From an uncultured Bacteroidales bacterium (GTDB lineage Bacteria; Bacteroidota; Bacteroidia; Bacteroidales; Paludibacteraceae): a DNA stretch of 59,248 bases. This document shows positions 41,667 to 51,275 of the stretch, piece after piece. Numbering within the stretch: position 1 is the stretch's first letter; every line of letters starts with the position of its first letter. A program made the position numbers and the translations under genes. The notes below the pieces were generated by a model. That model saw nothing but the letters and a program-made list of their open reading frames with translations. It did not search any database and was not told the DNA's origin. The stretch is from NCBI GenBank assembly GCA_903929065.1, contig CAIYTJ010000335.1:1-59248 (forward strand), in the 5' to 3' direction.

Positions 41667-43085
41667 CTATTCCCCTGAATTGACCGGCACTCCGTTAATC
41701 ACCACATTCTTCAACGTTACTTTTCCGATGTCCTTTATCAGGTTTTTCCCTTTCACGCCGCTGAAAACGCAGTTTTCCGCATTAATATTATCCACACAGG
41801 TAATGCCTTTGATTCCTTCAAGCCAAATGGCATAAGCCGATTTATTAGATGTTACATTCTGAAGATACACATTTTTGATTGTAGGGATGAACTTTCCTTC
41901 TCCTTCTACATTGATATGATAACTACAGTTGATAGATAAAATAGCATCACGTACTTCGCCCACAGTAACATTCCGCACATAAACGCCATCGGTCGTTCCG
42001 CCCCGGCTGTTATTGGTTTTAATCAGAATGGCACGATCCAGTTCAGGACTATTCATTTGACAGTTCTCTACAAATATATTTCGGCAGCCGCCTGATATTT
42101 CGCTGCCCATCGACACGCCTCCATGGCCTTTGCGCATAAGGCAATTACGGATAATCACGTTTTCAATCGGAGCATTTTCACGGCGTCCGTCAAAGTCACG
42201 ACCCGATTTCAGGGCAATACAGTCATCCCCTGTATTAAACGTGCAGTTTTCAATCAATACGTTTTTGCACGATTCCGGATCGCAGCCATCGTTATTTGGT
42301 CCTTCGGAGTTCACCGTTACATTCCGTACAATCACGTTTTCCGACAAAACAGGATGAAGCACCCAAAACGGAGAATTGATAATGGTGAAGTTTTCAAGCT
42401 TTACATTTTTACAGTGGATAAAACTCACAAATTGAGGACGTAGGTAGAACCCTTCACCCAGTTGGCGTTTCTCAACCGGAACTTGGGTGTCATTGTATTT
42501 TTTCAACAGCGGTCGACAGTTAGCATCCAACTGGCTTGGTGTACCTTTCACATAACCCATTTTAGTAAGTCCTTTCCACGGCCACCAGTTTTCATTGCTT
42601 CCCTGTCCGTTCAGAATTCCTTTGCCGGTAACTGCAAAGTTAGTCTGGCCATCGGCATAAATCAGCGGACTGTAATTATAACAATCGTCACCTTCCCAGC
42701 GGGTACGCACAAGAGGCAGATAATCTTTCTGGTTGGTGCTGAAGCGCAAAACAGCATTTGCTTCAATATGCAGATCCACATTGCTTTTCATGTGGATAGC
42801 TCCGGTCAGGTAATCGCCGCTTGCAACCAGCACCTGTCCGCCGCCATCGGCGCTGCATTTATCAATAGCTGCCTGTATGGCTTTTGTGTTGCTGGTCTTG
42901 CTGTCGCCTACGGCACCAAAATCAACCACATTATATACTTTATCCGGAAATGCAGGTTCCTGAATCGCAGCAAGGATTTTATCAGCCTTTTGCCAGGGGG
43001 AATCCGTTACAGTTTGACTGATTCCGTTCAAAGAGAAAACAGACAAAAACAAGGTCAACATGGGTATGGGTATACAGGTCTTCAT
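41667..43085 (-). CDS. Glycoside hydrolase family 28 (polygalacturonase-like)
   Basis: NNDG, GDDC, GHG..SMGS and IKT motifs in a parallel beta-helix; signal peptide. Confidence 0.9.
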   Translation of the reverse strand: MKTCIPIPMLTLFLSVFSLNGISQTVTDSPWQKADKILAAIQEPAFPDKVYNVVDFGAVGDSKTSNTKAIQAAIDKCSADGGGQVLVASGDYLTGAIHMKSNVDLHIEANAVLRFSTNQKDYLPLVRTRWEGDDCYNYSPLIYADGQTNFAVTGKGILNGQGSNENWWPWKGLTKMGYVKGTPSQLDANCRPLLKKYNDTQVPVEKRQLGEGFYLRPQFVSFIHCKNVKLENFTIINSPFWVLHPVLSENVIVRNVTVNSEGPNNDGCDPESCKNVLIENCTFNTGDDCIALKSGRDFDGRRENAPIENVIIRNCLMRKGHGGVSMGSEISGGCRNIFVENCQMNSPELDRAILIKTNNSRGGTTDGVYVRNVTVGEVRDAILSINCSYHINVEGEGKFIPTIKNVYLQNVTSNKSAYAIWLEGIKGITCVDNINAENCVFSGVKGKNLIKDIGKVTLKNVVINGVPVNSGE

Positions 43086-43245
43086 AATATTGTATTTTTA
43101 CAGGTACGAAAAAACTTTGGGTATTTCACCGGTACAAATATAATCGGCAGGAAACCTTTGGGATGTGGATTTATCTGCTTAAAATGTGGAGAATATAGAG
43201 GTAAGCAGATAATTTTCAAATATGGATATAAATTAGTTGGTTCTC

Positions 43246-43315
43246 GGGTTTCGCGATTTTTAATCGCGGCTATTATTATACAGGCATTATTACGCGATTG
43301 CAAATCGCGAAACCC
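43246..43315. repeat. REPIN-like doublet of inverted palindromes
   Basis: GGGTTTCGCGATTTTTAATCGCG ... CGCGATTGCAAATCGCGAAACCC; each arm is itself palindromic. Confidence 0.75.
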
Positions 43316-43347
43316 TGTTCAATACTTTTTGCCGGCAGGAAATAAAT

Positions 43348-43893
43348 CTATTCCTTATAAATCACTTCCAAGGCCTCAATATCCAGAATAAACCGGGCAA
43401 TCTGTCCATCACTATAACCAGTTGTTTCGACAGTGGCAAATTCGGTAAGTAATTTTTCCTGATCCAGGGTAGTGAAAGCCTTATCGGCCATTTTGAAAAG
43501 CACATTATTTTCTTTTCCGATATGTGCCCGCAACAGTTCCACATAACCCTCCATATTCATATAAATATCCGGTATCACCGATTCATCACCCGTTTTATAA
43601 TGCGCAATGGCATCAGTCATTCCTTTTACAAAACGTCTGCCTTCTGTATGGTCGTGAAGCATTACCGACACCGGGCCCTGATCGGTGGAGAATCCTTTTT
43701 CCACCAAAAGCGGAAAAAGCAGGTTTTCCTCTTTAGCATGATGGAAACCATCGGCATAGTTTTTTATCAGGTTAACAACCATTTCCATATCGGCCGAATC
43801 GGTGGCAAGGGTCATAACCATTCGTTCCATTACATCCGTCAATCGAAGGATATATACATGGTCATTAATAAGGTTTTGGGTAGCTGTTTTCAT
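43348..43893 (-). CDS. Hemerythrin/HHE cation-binding domain protein
   Basis: DH..I, FHHAKEENLLFP, HDHTEGR and HIGKENNVLF; ATG at 43893. Confidence 0.85.
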   Translation of the reverse strand: MKTATQNLINDHVYILRLTDVMERMVMTLATDSADMEMVVNLIKNYADGFHHAKEENLLFPLLVEKGFSTDQGPVSVMLHDHTEGRRFVKGMTDAIAHYKTGDESVIPDIYMNMEGYVELLRAHIGKENNVLFKMADKAFTTLDQEKLLTEFATVETTGYSDGQIARFILDIEALEVIYKE

Positions 43894-44136
43894 GTCATTC
43901 GTTTTATTGTATACAACAAAGTTGTTGAAGTACAATTATAACTAAAAACACTACTTTTTGTTCAATTCAAGACACAAGAATCACCATTAAATCAACTCAT
44001 CTGATGAACCAATCAATCATTAATCTTCCCTTTACATAACTGTCATTCCTGTTTTCCTCTTTATTTGTAGAGTGTGCCGAAGGCAGGTGAGGTCAGGGAA
44101 GTACCCGAAGAGAGTAAGGTTTTACCAAACTATTAA

Positions 44137-45219
44137 CTAATCCCCAATAAACACTTTTCCCACCAGTTTCTCCGAGTCCGCTTCCACCACACAGTTGTAG
44201 ATTCCACTCTTTAAATCTGATACACGAATGGAACTGTTTTCCGTTTCACCCGAAAGTACAACCGAGCCGGTCATAGAGTAAATGATGTACCGAAAATTCC
44301 CAGCTGTTTTGCCTGAGCAGAAGTGTATGATGTCCTTTGCCGGATTGGGTGTTATTGATAATTTAGGTTTCTGTGTATTGGGAACTGCTGTAGAAATTTG
44401 TTTGGCAAAACTCCAGGCACTGTCTTTCATATTTCCCCAAATATATTCTGCCAGTTGCGGATAATCGATAAACGGATTGCGGTTATTCTGCAGTTTATAA
44501 ACCGTTTCATTACGCTCAATTTCTTTTTCGCTTACCGGGTCCATTCGGCTCCATTTCATCAACAGCGGAATGGCCCAAGGCTGAAATGAAGGATAGACGC
44601 CCCCGATTATTTCGTATTGACCGGTATTATCGGACAGCCATGTAGTATAATTCTGGTAACAGGTGGCCATATAAAAATAGGTTCGGGCAAAATCACCTTT
44701 ATATTCATCGGCCGGTTCAAAGCCGTTGCCGGTATACCCCAGCGTGATGGATGTTCCGCTTTTACTCACGCCGTTATTCCCCGCCGCGGTAGTTGTACCT
44801 ACTTCACTCAACGGGTTATTTCCTTTTGAGCGGTTGATAGAATTATTGGCCGGGTACAGATTCATCAAATCTCCATAGGCATATTCATTATCCACTGTAG
44901 GACCTCCCCACCATGAATTGGGCACACAATGTTCTTTGTCGATGGAACTATGATCCGAAAAGAACACAATGTTATTCGAATACATATCCCAAATCTCGGT
45001 TGGTGCCGAAGGCAGGTAATCGGTCTGGGGAAAATATGTCCACATATTAGCATAACTCAGGCTGGTGTGGGTTTTGATATCCTGGAAAGCAGCTGTTTTC
45101 AAATCAGCGGTCGTTTTTCCTTCCATGTTCGAATAGTAACCCAATGGAATAGCACCCCACGCTGTTGATAATGAAATAATCAGTAAAAGTGTTGTGGAGA
45201 TAAGCGATTTTAAATGCAT
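44137..45219 (-). CDS. Secreted endonuclease I-family (His-Me) nuclease with T9SS CTD
   Basis: WDMYS, KEHCVPNSW, DLMNLYP...N..KGN, EPADEYKGDFAR.YFY and QNNRNPFIDYP; CTD ITPNPA...GIY. Confidence 0.87.
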   Translation of the reverse strand: MHLKSLISTTLLLIISLSTAWGAIPLGYYSNMEGKTTADLKTAAFQDIKTHTSLSYANMWTYFPQTDYLPSAPTEIWDMYSNNIVFFSDHSSIDKEHCVPNSWWGGPTVDNEYAYGDLMNLYPANNSINRSKGNNPLSEVGTTTAAGNNGVSKSGTSITLGYTGNGFEPADEYKGDFARTYFYMATCYQNYTTWLSDNTGQYEIIGGVYPSFQPWAIPLLMKWSRMDPVSEKEIERNETVYKLQNNRNPFIDYPQLAEYIWGNMKDSAWSFAKQISTAVPNTQKPKLSITPNPAKDIIHFCSGKTAGNFRYIIYSMTGSVVLSGETENSSIRVSDLKSGIYNCVVEADSEKLVGKVFIGD

Positions 45220-45256
45220 AAATAGAAATAAATAGGAATTGTTTAAAATGATTTTA

Positions 45257-45346
45257 GAATTCTGAAGGAATTCAATTTAAAAATAACCACGGGTGCAACC
45301 CGTGGATTACGAGTAAAAATGATCAAAGAACCCTGAAGGGGTTCAA
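45257..45346 (-). repeat. Three-hairpin REP-like element (copy 2)
   Basis: GAATTCTGAAGGAATTC, CCACGGGTGCAACCCGTGG and GAACCCTGAAGGGGTTC; reverse-complement architecture of 9440-9535. Confidence 0.7.
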
Positions 45347-45617
45347 TAAAAAGGATTTATACAAACCTTAACCCTATGCACAAAAAAAATATAGATGGAA
45401 AAAATCCACCTATATCCTATGTTTTGAATATCACTATTGCGGAAAGTTCTTATTTCGGGGGGCAAATATAAGAATTAATTGTAATCTGTCAACTTTTGTT
45501 CTATTTTCTCAACAATCAATTAACGGAACGAAGTGATGTACCGTATATGGGATCAATTGACGAACTAATTATCTGAAGAACAACTCGTAAATAGTAACTG
45601 AAAAAATGGTAACTGAC

Positions 45618-46274
45618 TCAGTGTTTCTCAATATACTCATCCAACTCCCCGTGCCATACCTCTGTAGGTCGTACTATCATAGCCGTTTCCATTCCCAATA
45701 GCAGGTCCGGCAGGTAGCGCGGGTTCTTGCCGCCAATGCCTACCGATTGGATGCACGAAACGCAGTATACCACCACGTCGTCAACTGGCATCTCGTTCAT
45801 ACGTTTCTTCATGAGTTCGTTTACCTTCTCCACCGGCAATTGTGGGTAAAAACTATCACCGCAGCACGTGCTTTTGGTTCTGGTTTTCTCCGGTTCCATC
45901 AGGCAGATATTCATTTTCTGCAGCAACGTGCGGATTGCATCATGTATCTTCGGTTTCTCCCTGGTTGGACAGGCATCGAGAATGGTCATAGGTTCTCCGG
46001 CATAATTCGGAAAAGGAAACGATTCACTTTCCGCCAGCAGTTCCCACAACGAAACGGTCGTTGTATTTGCATACAAACTCCCGAAACGCTTATCGCATCC
46101 AGGGCACACATTCACTATTTGCGTCGGCTCTTCGAAACCGGGATCATGGCGGCAGCAGGTTGTAAGCAACTCCATTTCGCCAAACTCTTTATTCAGCATA
46201 ACATGCAGTTTAGCCGCCAACTCAGGCTTATAGATCATTAGTGCGCACCCGGGCGCAAAAACACGGTTAGTCAT
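45618..46274 (-). CDS. Cys-rich (CCG-like) Fe-S-binding protein
   Basis: FAPGC, TCC, CPGC, DAC, TCCG and YCVSC; ATG at 46274 follows a -7 box at 46295-46302. Confidence 0.7.
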   Translation of the reverse strand: MTNRVFAPGCALMIYKPELAAKLHVMLNKEFGEMELLTTCCRHDPGFEEPTQIVNVCPGCDKRFGSLYANTTTVSLWELLAESESFPFPNYAGEPMTILDACPTREKPKIHDAIRTLLQKMNICLMEPEKTRTKSTCCGDSFYPQLPVEKVNELMKKRMNEMPVDDVVVYCVSCIQSVGIGGKNPRYLPDLLLGMETAMIVRPTEVWHGELDEYIEKH

Positions 46275-46539
46275 GTAGACAGTTTTTTTGTTTGCAAAAA
46301 TAGGGTATTTCTGTTTTACTGACAAATGTGTTTAAACGACAGCAATTTTTTTTTGTTACTAACAGACCCTGAACGGATTTAATATGAACCAACGGTCAGC
46401 ATAAGCTAACAAATGCCGGTAGAATCGACGTATCAGAGTCAGCAACCTGGAGTTATCTTCTATTATTATTGGCTATTGTAGCTAAAATTATAAAACGTTT
46501 CGGTCACGTTTCGGGGTTGGGTACAATAAAAGCACGAAG

Positions 46540-47379
46540 CTAAATAAATTTAATGGCCTCTTTAACCGTCATTTTTTCCTTGATGTTTCTGGTCTGTGCC
46601 AGTTGATTACAAACAGAGATAATGCCATTTTCAAGCATGTCCTGCCCATTAAATATTTCGGCACTCATGCAGTCGACGGTACAGGCAAGGATTCCGGCAT
46701 CACTCAGGGTGTCAAGGCTTTTTATACCTGCATTATTTTTACCGATTCCGGCATCATTAAAAAACACGGCCTTAAGGCTATGTTTCTGAGCATAATGTCC
46801 TGCACTTACACCACCGTGCGACCCACATACAACAATATCGCCTGCATTGCTCTCATTTAAGAAGGTAATACTATCGGCTACGGTAATGCTCACTCCATTA
46901 ATTTGTGTTTGAATTTGTTTTTTCAGTTCAACCTTGCTACCGTTTTCTTTCTCTTCAATAATAAGTGATTCAGCATTCTTATTTTCTTTAGTCGAAGAAG
47001 GTAGATTGATTATTTTGGCAACGGATTCCTGAACTGAATCGCCGGGTTGGATTCCGGCTTCTTCAGCCAGTGTATTGGTGTGACTTATAATTCCGCTTTC
47101 CCAGGTATCGCGGGCAACACCAATTTCGGCGCTATTGTGGTCAACAGCACAGGCAAGAATATTCGCAGCTTCATAATGTGAGAGACCACAGATACCTGCC
47201 TGATTTTTACCTATACCGGCATTGTTGAGAAAAACTGCTTTTACGTGACAGTTTGTTAGCTTTCTGGCAAAAGTCCCGTTGTCACCGCAATGTGATGCGC
47301 AGACAAGAATCGGACTTGCATTGTCGGGTTGTAAATCACCTAAACTATCGAGGAGTATTACAGATTCAGGTAAATTCAT
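46540..47379 (-). CDS. Hypothetical protein with an internal domain duplication
   Basis: Two ~120-aa halves, each with VC.SH.G, KAVF.N.AGIGKN.AGI, ILAC.VD..SAEI and GIIS..N.LA. Confidence 0.75.
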   Translation of the reverse strand: MNLPESVILLDSLGDLQPDNASPILVCASHCGDNGTFARKLTNCHVKAVFLNNAGIGKNQAGICGLSHYEAANILACAVDHNSAEIGVARDTWESGIISHTNTLAEEAGIQPGDSVQESVAKIINLPSSTKENKNAESLIIEEKENGSKVELKKQIQTQINGVSITVADSITFLNESNAGDIVVCGSHGGVSAGHYAQKHSLKAVFFNDAGIGKNNAGIKSLDTLSDAGILACTVDCMSAEIFNGQDMLENGIISVCNQLAQTRNIKEKMTVKEAIKFI

Positions 47380-47400
47380 TAGTTTATAATTTTTATACCA

Positions 47401-47528
47401 ACCCCTAACCCCTAAAGGGGAACTAAGTTACTTCAGTTTATATAATTATGAATAAACAAAACATACCAGACAAGACTAACTTAGTTCCCCTTTAGGGGTT
47501 AGGGGTATTTCCTTTAGGGGTTGGGGGT
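47401..47528. repeat. CCCCTAACCCCTAAAGGGG-family inverted-repeat element (copy 2) plus an extra half-copy
   Basis: Perfect 30-bp inverted repeat (47401-47430 / 47477-47506) with a 46-bp spacer; third arm CCTTTAGGGGTTGGGGGT at 47511-47528. Confidence 0.85.
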
Positions 47529-48125
47529 CATTTCACGGGCTATCGATATTCCCTTCTCGTAGGCTTTGATGTTTCCTGCAATAAACTTTTCAGGAACGCT
47601 TTCGCGTACTATTTGAATCATCTCCTCGTGCGAATAGCCTCTGAATTCGGCATAAATGGCCAGCATAACGATATTCATCATTTTGCTTATATCAAAATCT
47701 GTACTTTTATATTCTTCGGGATCAATAATAAAGGTCTTCAGTCCCGATCGCTTTATCAGTTCTGTTTTCGATTCAGGCATATCTTTTTCTAGACGGGTGT
47801 TTACGCTGGAAGTGGATAGCTCAAAAGTGCTTGAGAAAACAATGCCATCTTCTTTCAGGCAATGCAGATAGCGCAGTGTTTCCGTTTGCTCGAACGACAA
47901 GAGGTAATCCACATCACCGGCTTTGATAAAAGGCGATAACACCGGCTTGGTTGAATAGCGGAAATGACTTTCGACACCTCCACCACGTTGTCCTAACCCT
48001 ATTACGTCCGAAATTTTTAACTCGTAACCAAGTTTCATGTAATACTTGCTTAAGAGGTTGCTGAAAAGAAGAATTCCTTGTCCTCCCACACCAGCTATGA
48101 TAATATTTTTTCCTGTATCCTGCAT
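47514..48125 (-). CDS. iorB: Indolepyruvate:ferredoxin oxidoreductase beta subunit
   Basis: IAGVGGQGIL, GLGQRGG.V.SH.R and NIVML; downstream of iorA. Confidence 0.85.
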   Translation of the reverse strand: MQDTGKNIIIAGVGGQGILLFSNLLSKYYMKLGYELKISDVIGLGQRGGGVESHFRYSTKPVLSPFIKAGDVDYLLSFEQTETLRYLHCLKEDGIVFSSTFELSTSSVNTRLEKDMPESKTELIKRSGLKTFIIDPEEYKSTDFDISKMMNIVMLAIYAEFRGYSHEEMIQIVRESVPEKFIAGNIKAYEKGISIAREMTPNP

Positions 48126-48128
48126 TTT

Positions 48129-49934
48129 TTACGATTTTATGGCGTCAAACTTACAAGCCGTAGAACACAATCCACAGCCCACACAAAGATCCTCGTTAAT
48201 AACTATCTCCACTTTTCCGTCTTTCCCTTTTTTACTTTCAATGGCTAAACATCCGATATTGATACATTTACGGCATTGCGTACAAAGCTCCTGATCAATG
48301 GAATAAGCATCACCTTTAGGCAGCTTAAATTTGGTTACACACGGTTTTTCTACAATAACCACCGAATTAGTATCCGCTTTTACTGCATTCAGAATCGCTT
48401 TTTCCAGGTTTTCAAATTCGTAGGCATCTACGGTTACAATATCTTTTACTCCGATGGCTTCGCAAACTTTGGCAATTTCCAGTTTATTTTCCGGTTTGTA
48501 ATTAAACCCAAACTCACTGGAAGCCACATGCTGACCACCGGTCATTGCCAGACAGCTGTTGTCGACAATAATCGTAGTTGACTGACTATCGTTGAAAATC
48601 AGATTCATCAGTCCGTTGATTCCGGTTGCCCAAAAACCACCATCGCCAATCATGCCCACAAATTTTTCTTTGTGATCAGTTGCCACATTGTAACCATGAG
48701 CCAGCGCAATGCTCGATCCCATACATTTTTGCAGCGAATAGGATTCCATGTGTGGAAAACACCCGATTAAACCACAGGTAACATCGGCAGACGCCTTGAT
48801 TTTATGTTTACGTAATATTTGTGATATGAAGAGGTGAGAACATCCGGCACAACTAACAGGCAAACGGAAAGGAATGCCTTCCATAAGCGTTCTTTTTGGT
48901 GCGTCGGGAAGGAGTTTTTCCTCAATAATATCCGGAGTAAAGCGCATCATTTCGGGGAATTTAGGGAATAATTCTTTACCAATAACCACAATTCCCAAAT
49001 CCTTGATATTTTTTTCCATAATATCATGACCATCTTCAATCACATAGAGTTTTTCTACGTGTGCGGCCAGTTCCCGAATCAACTTTTCAGGAAGCGGCAT
49101 AACCATTCCCAGTTTTAAAATCGAGGCATCGGGCAACACTTCTTTGGTATAAAAGTAAGGAGTTCCTGCGGTAATTACCCCAATCTTATTACCCTTCAAC
49201 TCCAGTTTATTAATATCAAATCCGTTGCTGTCGGCAGCCAGGCGCTTCATATGTGCCGGAAAATCATTAAAGCATTTCACCAACTTAGGATGCTCAGAAC
49301 CTTTTGCGTTCATCATCATGGTGGTCATAATCACTTTACTGAAACTTACCGTATATTTTTTTCTGCATTTAACTTTGTACGTGTAGTCTTCATCAATGGC
49401 AACTGCACTGGTTGTTTTGCAGATTACGGATGTAATTTTAAGTATCACCGGAGTACTGTATTCTTCGCTGATCTCGAATGCTCTAATCATCAGGTCTTTG
49501 GCCTCCTGACTGTCGCTTGGCTCCAATACCGGGATATTAAACATGTTTCCGTAATGACGGACATCGTTGTAGTCGTCACCCGCAATACGGCCTACATCAT
49601 CGCCAACCACCAATACCAGGCCGCCGTTTATCTGACTGCCGGCAGCTCCACCCAATGCATCGGCTGCCACATGTAAACCCACTGTTTTCATTACTGCCAG
49701 GCTGCGATAACCTGCAAACGAAGCTCCAATGGCTACTTCAAGGCCTACTTTCTCATTCGTCGACCATTCACAATAGATATCCGGATACCGCTGTTGGGTA
49801 TAATCCATTACTTCGGTGGAAGGGGTACCCGGGAAACCGGAAGCAACTTTTACGCCTGCTTCAAAGGCACCTCTGGCAACTGCTTCGTTACCATTCATCA
49901 TTTTCATTGTTGTAATCTTATTTTCTGTCTGCAT
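48129..49934 (-). CDS. iorA: Indolepyruvate:ferredoxin oxidoreductase alpha subunit
   Basis: GNEAVARG, GFPGTPSTE, EWSTNEKV, CAGC.H, TPP motif GDGG...DN, MTGGQ and two C-terminal ferredoxin-type Cys clusters. Confidence 0.9.
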   Translation of the reverse strand: MQTENKITTMKMMNGNEAVARGAFEAGVKVASGFPGTPSTEVMDYTQQRYPDIYCEWSTNEKVGLEVAIGASFAGYRSLAVMKTVGLHVAADALGGAAGSQINGGLVLVVGDDVGRIAGDDYNDVRHYGNMFNIPVLEPSDSQEAKDLMIRAFEISEEYSTPVILKITSVICKTTSAVAIDEDYTYKVKCRKKYTVSFSKVIMTTMMMNAKGSEHPKLVKCFNDFPAHMKRLAADSNGFDINKLELKGNKIGVITAGTPYFYTKEVLPDASILKLGMVMPLPEKLIRELAAHVEKLYVIEDGHDIMEKNIKDLGIVVIGKELFPKFPEMMRFTPDIIEEKLLPDAPKRTLMEGIPFRLPVSCAGCSHLFISQILRKHKIKASADVTCGLIGCFPHMESYSLQKCMGSSIALAHGYNVATDHKEKFVGMIGDGGFWATGINGLMNLIFNDSQSTTIIVDNSCLAMTGGQHVASSEFGFNYKPENKLEIAKVCEAIGVKDIVTVDAYEFENLEKAILNAVKADTNSVVIVEKPCVTKFKLPKGDAYSIDQELCTQCRKCINIGCLAIESKKGKDGKVEIVINEDLCVGCGLCSTACKFDAIKS

Positions 49935-50259
49935 AGTAAAAAATGACTCATCTTATTATTGCCACTTTTATCATTTTTATGATAATTCGGCCAAAAATAC
50001 TGCTTTTTTCTTACATTCCAAAATCAAACAGCAATTTAATAAAATAAATTGTAATATTATTGTTATAAAACAAGGAAGAAAATTTGCAGAAAGGGTTTAG
50101 AACAAAGTCGCCTTTGAAGTCATAAATGAGCAGTTAGGCAGAGATGAATCGGGTAAGAAATATCGTCCTTAAGGCCGACAATTTTTCATAACAGGCTGGA
50201 CTTTCTTCTTGCACGAAACAGGCTGGAGACTATGTCTAACAAGCTGGTCCTCTTTAATT

Positions 50260-50838
50260 TTAATTTCTATTTCTTTTTTTCATTACTTCAATTCTGGCTT
50301 TGGTCATTCGTTCACTAATCCCGCCTTCGTCCAGAAATTCACGCTCCAGTTTCTTAATCTGTTGTGCCAGTAAATAAATAGTAACATTTGTAAGGCTATA
50401 AAGGACATTTGCTGCCACTTCCGGATTATCGCTTTCACTGCCTTTTTTGAAAGTTTCATAAGTCTGATTGGGTGTGCGGTGCTTTTTGGTCAGCTCAGCA
50501 TAATACGGGTGTTTTTTATCCCAAAAAGTAAGCCTGCGAACGTTGATAAAATTGAGGTAGTCTTTCCTGAGTTCATCCAGGGAGCAACGTGCCACATTGG
50601 TAAGAAATATCTCCGTTTTTTTCGATGTGCCCGAAGCCATGCTTCCTTCCAGAATATTTTGCTGCCCCGACCGAGCCGCCTGAACCATCTGGTCATAAGT
50701 CCGGTCAAACTTACTAACCCATTTCTCACAAAATCTGTTGGTACCCAGAAATATTATTTCAGCTTTCTGAAAGGTAATCAGATGTTCATAACCACCGTGC
50801 TTTGGAATAAAACCATCTTCATTGTACTGTTTGTCCAT
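50260..50838 (-). CDS. Four-helix-bundle protein with 'suffix' domain (23S rRNA IVP / Avd-like superfamily)
   Basis: GGYEHLITFQKAEII, DRTYDQMVQAARSGQQNILEGS, LTNVARCSLDELRKDY and suffix QIKKLEREFLDEGGISERMTKAR. Confidence 0.82.
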   Translation of the reverse strand: MDKQYNEDGFIPKHGGYEHLITFQKAEIIFLGTNRFCEKWVSKFDRTYDQMVQAARSGQQNILEGSMASGTSKKTEIFLTNVARCSLDELRKDYLNFINVRRLTFWDKKHPYYAELTKKHRTPNQTYETFKKGSESDNPEVAANVLYSLTNVTIYLLAQQIKKLEREFLDEGGISERMTKARIEVMKKRNRN

Positions 50839-50922
50839 GGCTTAATGTTTTAATCGTTATTTTTGTCTTAGTTTTTTTTCTTCTCAGTCGACTTTGGGGA
50901 CACTTACGACCGCTGTGCAGCT

Positions 50923-51275
50923 TTGAACAATGTCACAACAGTCCCCATTGTCCCCCAAATATTCCATTTTCTGTATATAATCTCCCTGATTCTCTTCCAC
51001 AGCGTTGAATAATGTCCCAAAAGTCCCCATTGTCCCCCAAATATTCCACCTTCAGTGTATAATCTTCCTGATTCTCTTCCATAGCGTTGAACAATGTCAC
51101 AACAGTCCCCATTGTCCCCCAAATATTCCACCTTCTGTGTATAATCTCCTGATTCTCTTCCACAGCATTGAACAATGTCACAACGGTCCCCATTGTCCCC
51201 CAAATATTCCACCTTCAGTGTATAATCTTCCTGATTCTCTTCCACAGCGTCGATCAATGTCCCAAAAGTCCCCCA
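50923..51275. repeat. Tandem array of 82-bp units (4 full plus 1 partial)
   Basis: Units start at 50923, 51005, 51087, 51168 and 51250 (periods 82, 82, 81, 82); core GTCCCCATTGTCCCCCAAATATTCCA...TATAATCT.CCTGATTCTCTTCCA. Confidence 0.95.

Noticed and set aside
42462-43391. 309-aa plus-strand ORF, and other antisense ORFs such as 4374-5051 and 12663-13313
   Set aside because: They are shadows of well-supported genes on the opposite strand and have no recognisable motifs.
46360-46540. Possible further REP copy (GACCCTGAACGGATTTAATATG...)
   Set aside because: Only a partial resemblance to the 45257-45346 element; the hairpins are too degenerate to support a call.
50260-50838. Diversity-generating retroelement or 23S rRNA intervening sequence
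   Set aside because: The protein is Avd/IVP-like, but no reverse transcriptase, no TR/VR pair with adenine-specific differences and no rRNA sequence are visible in the window.
50923-51275. CRISPR array interpretation of the 82-bp repeats
   Set aside because: The units are near-identical along their whole length, with no unique spacers, and no cas genes are present in the window.
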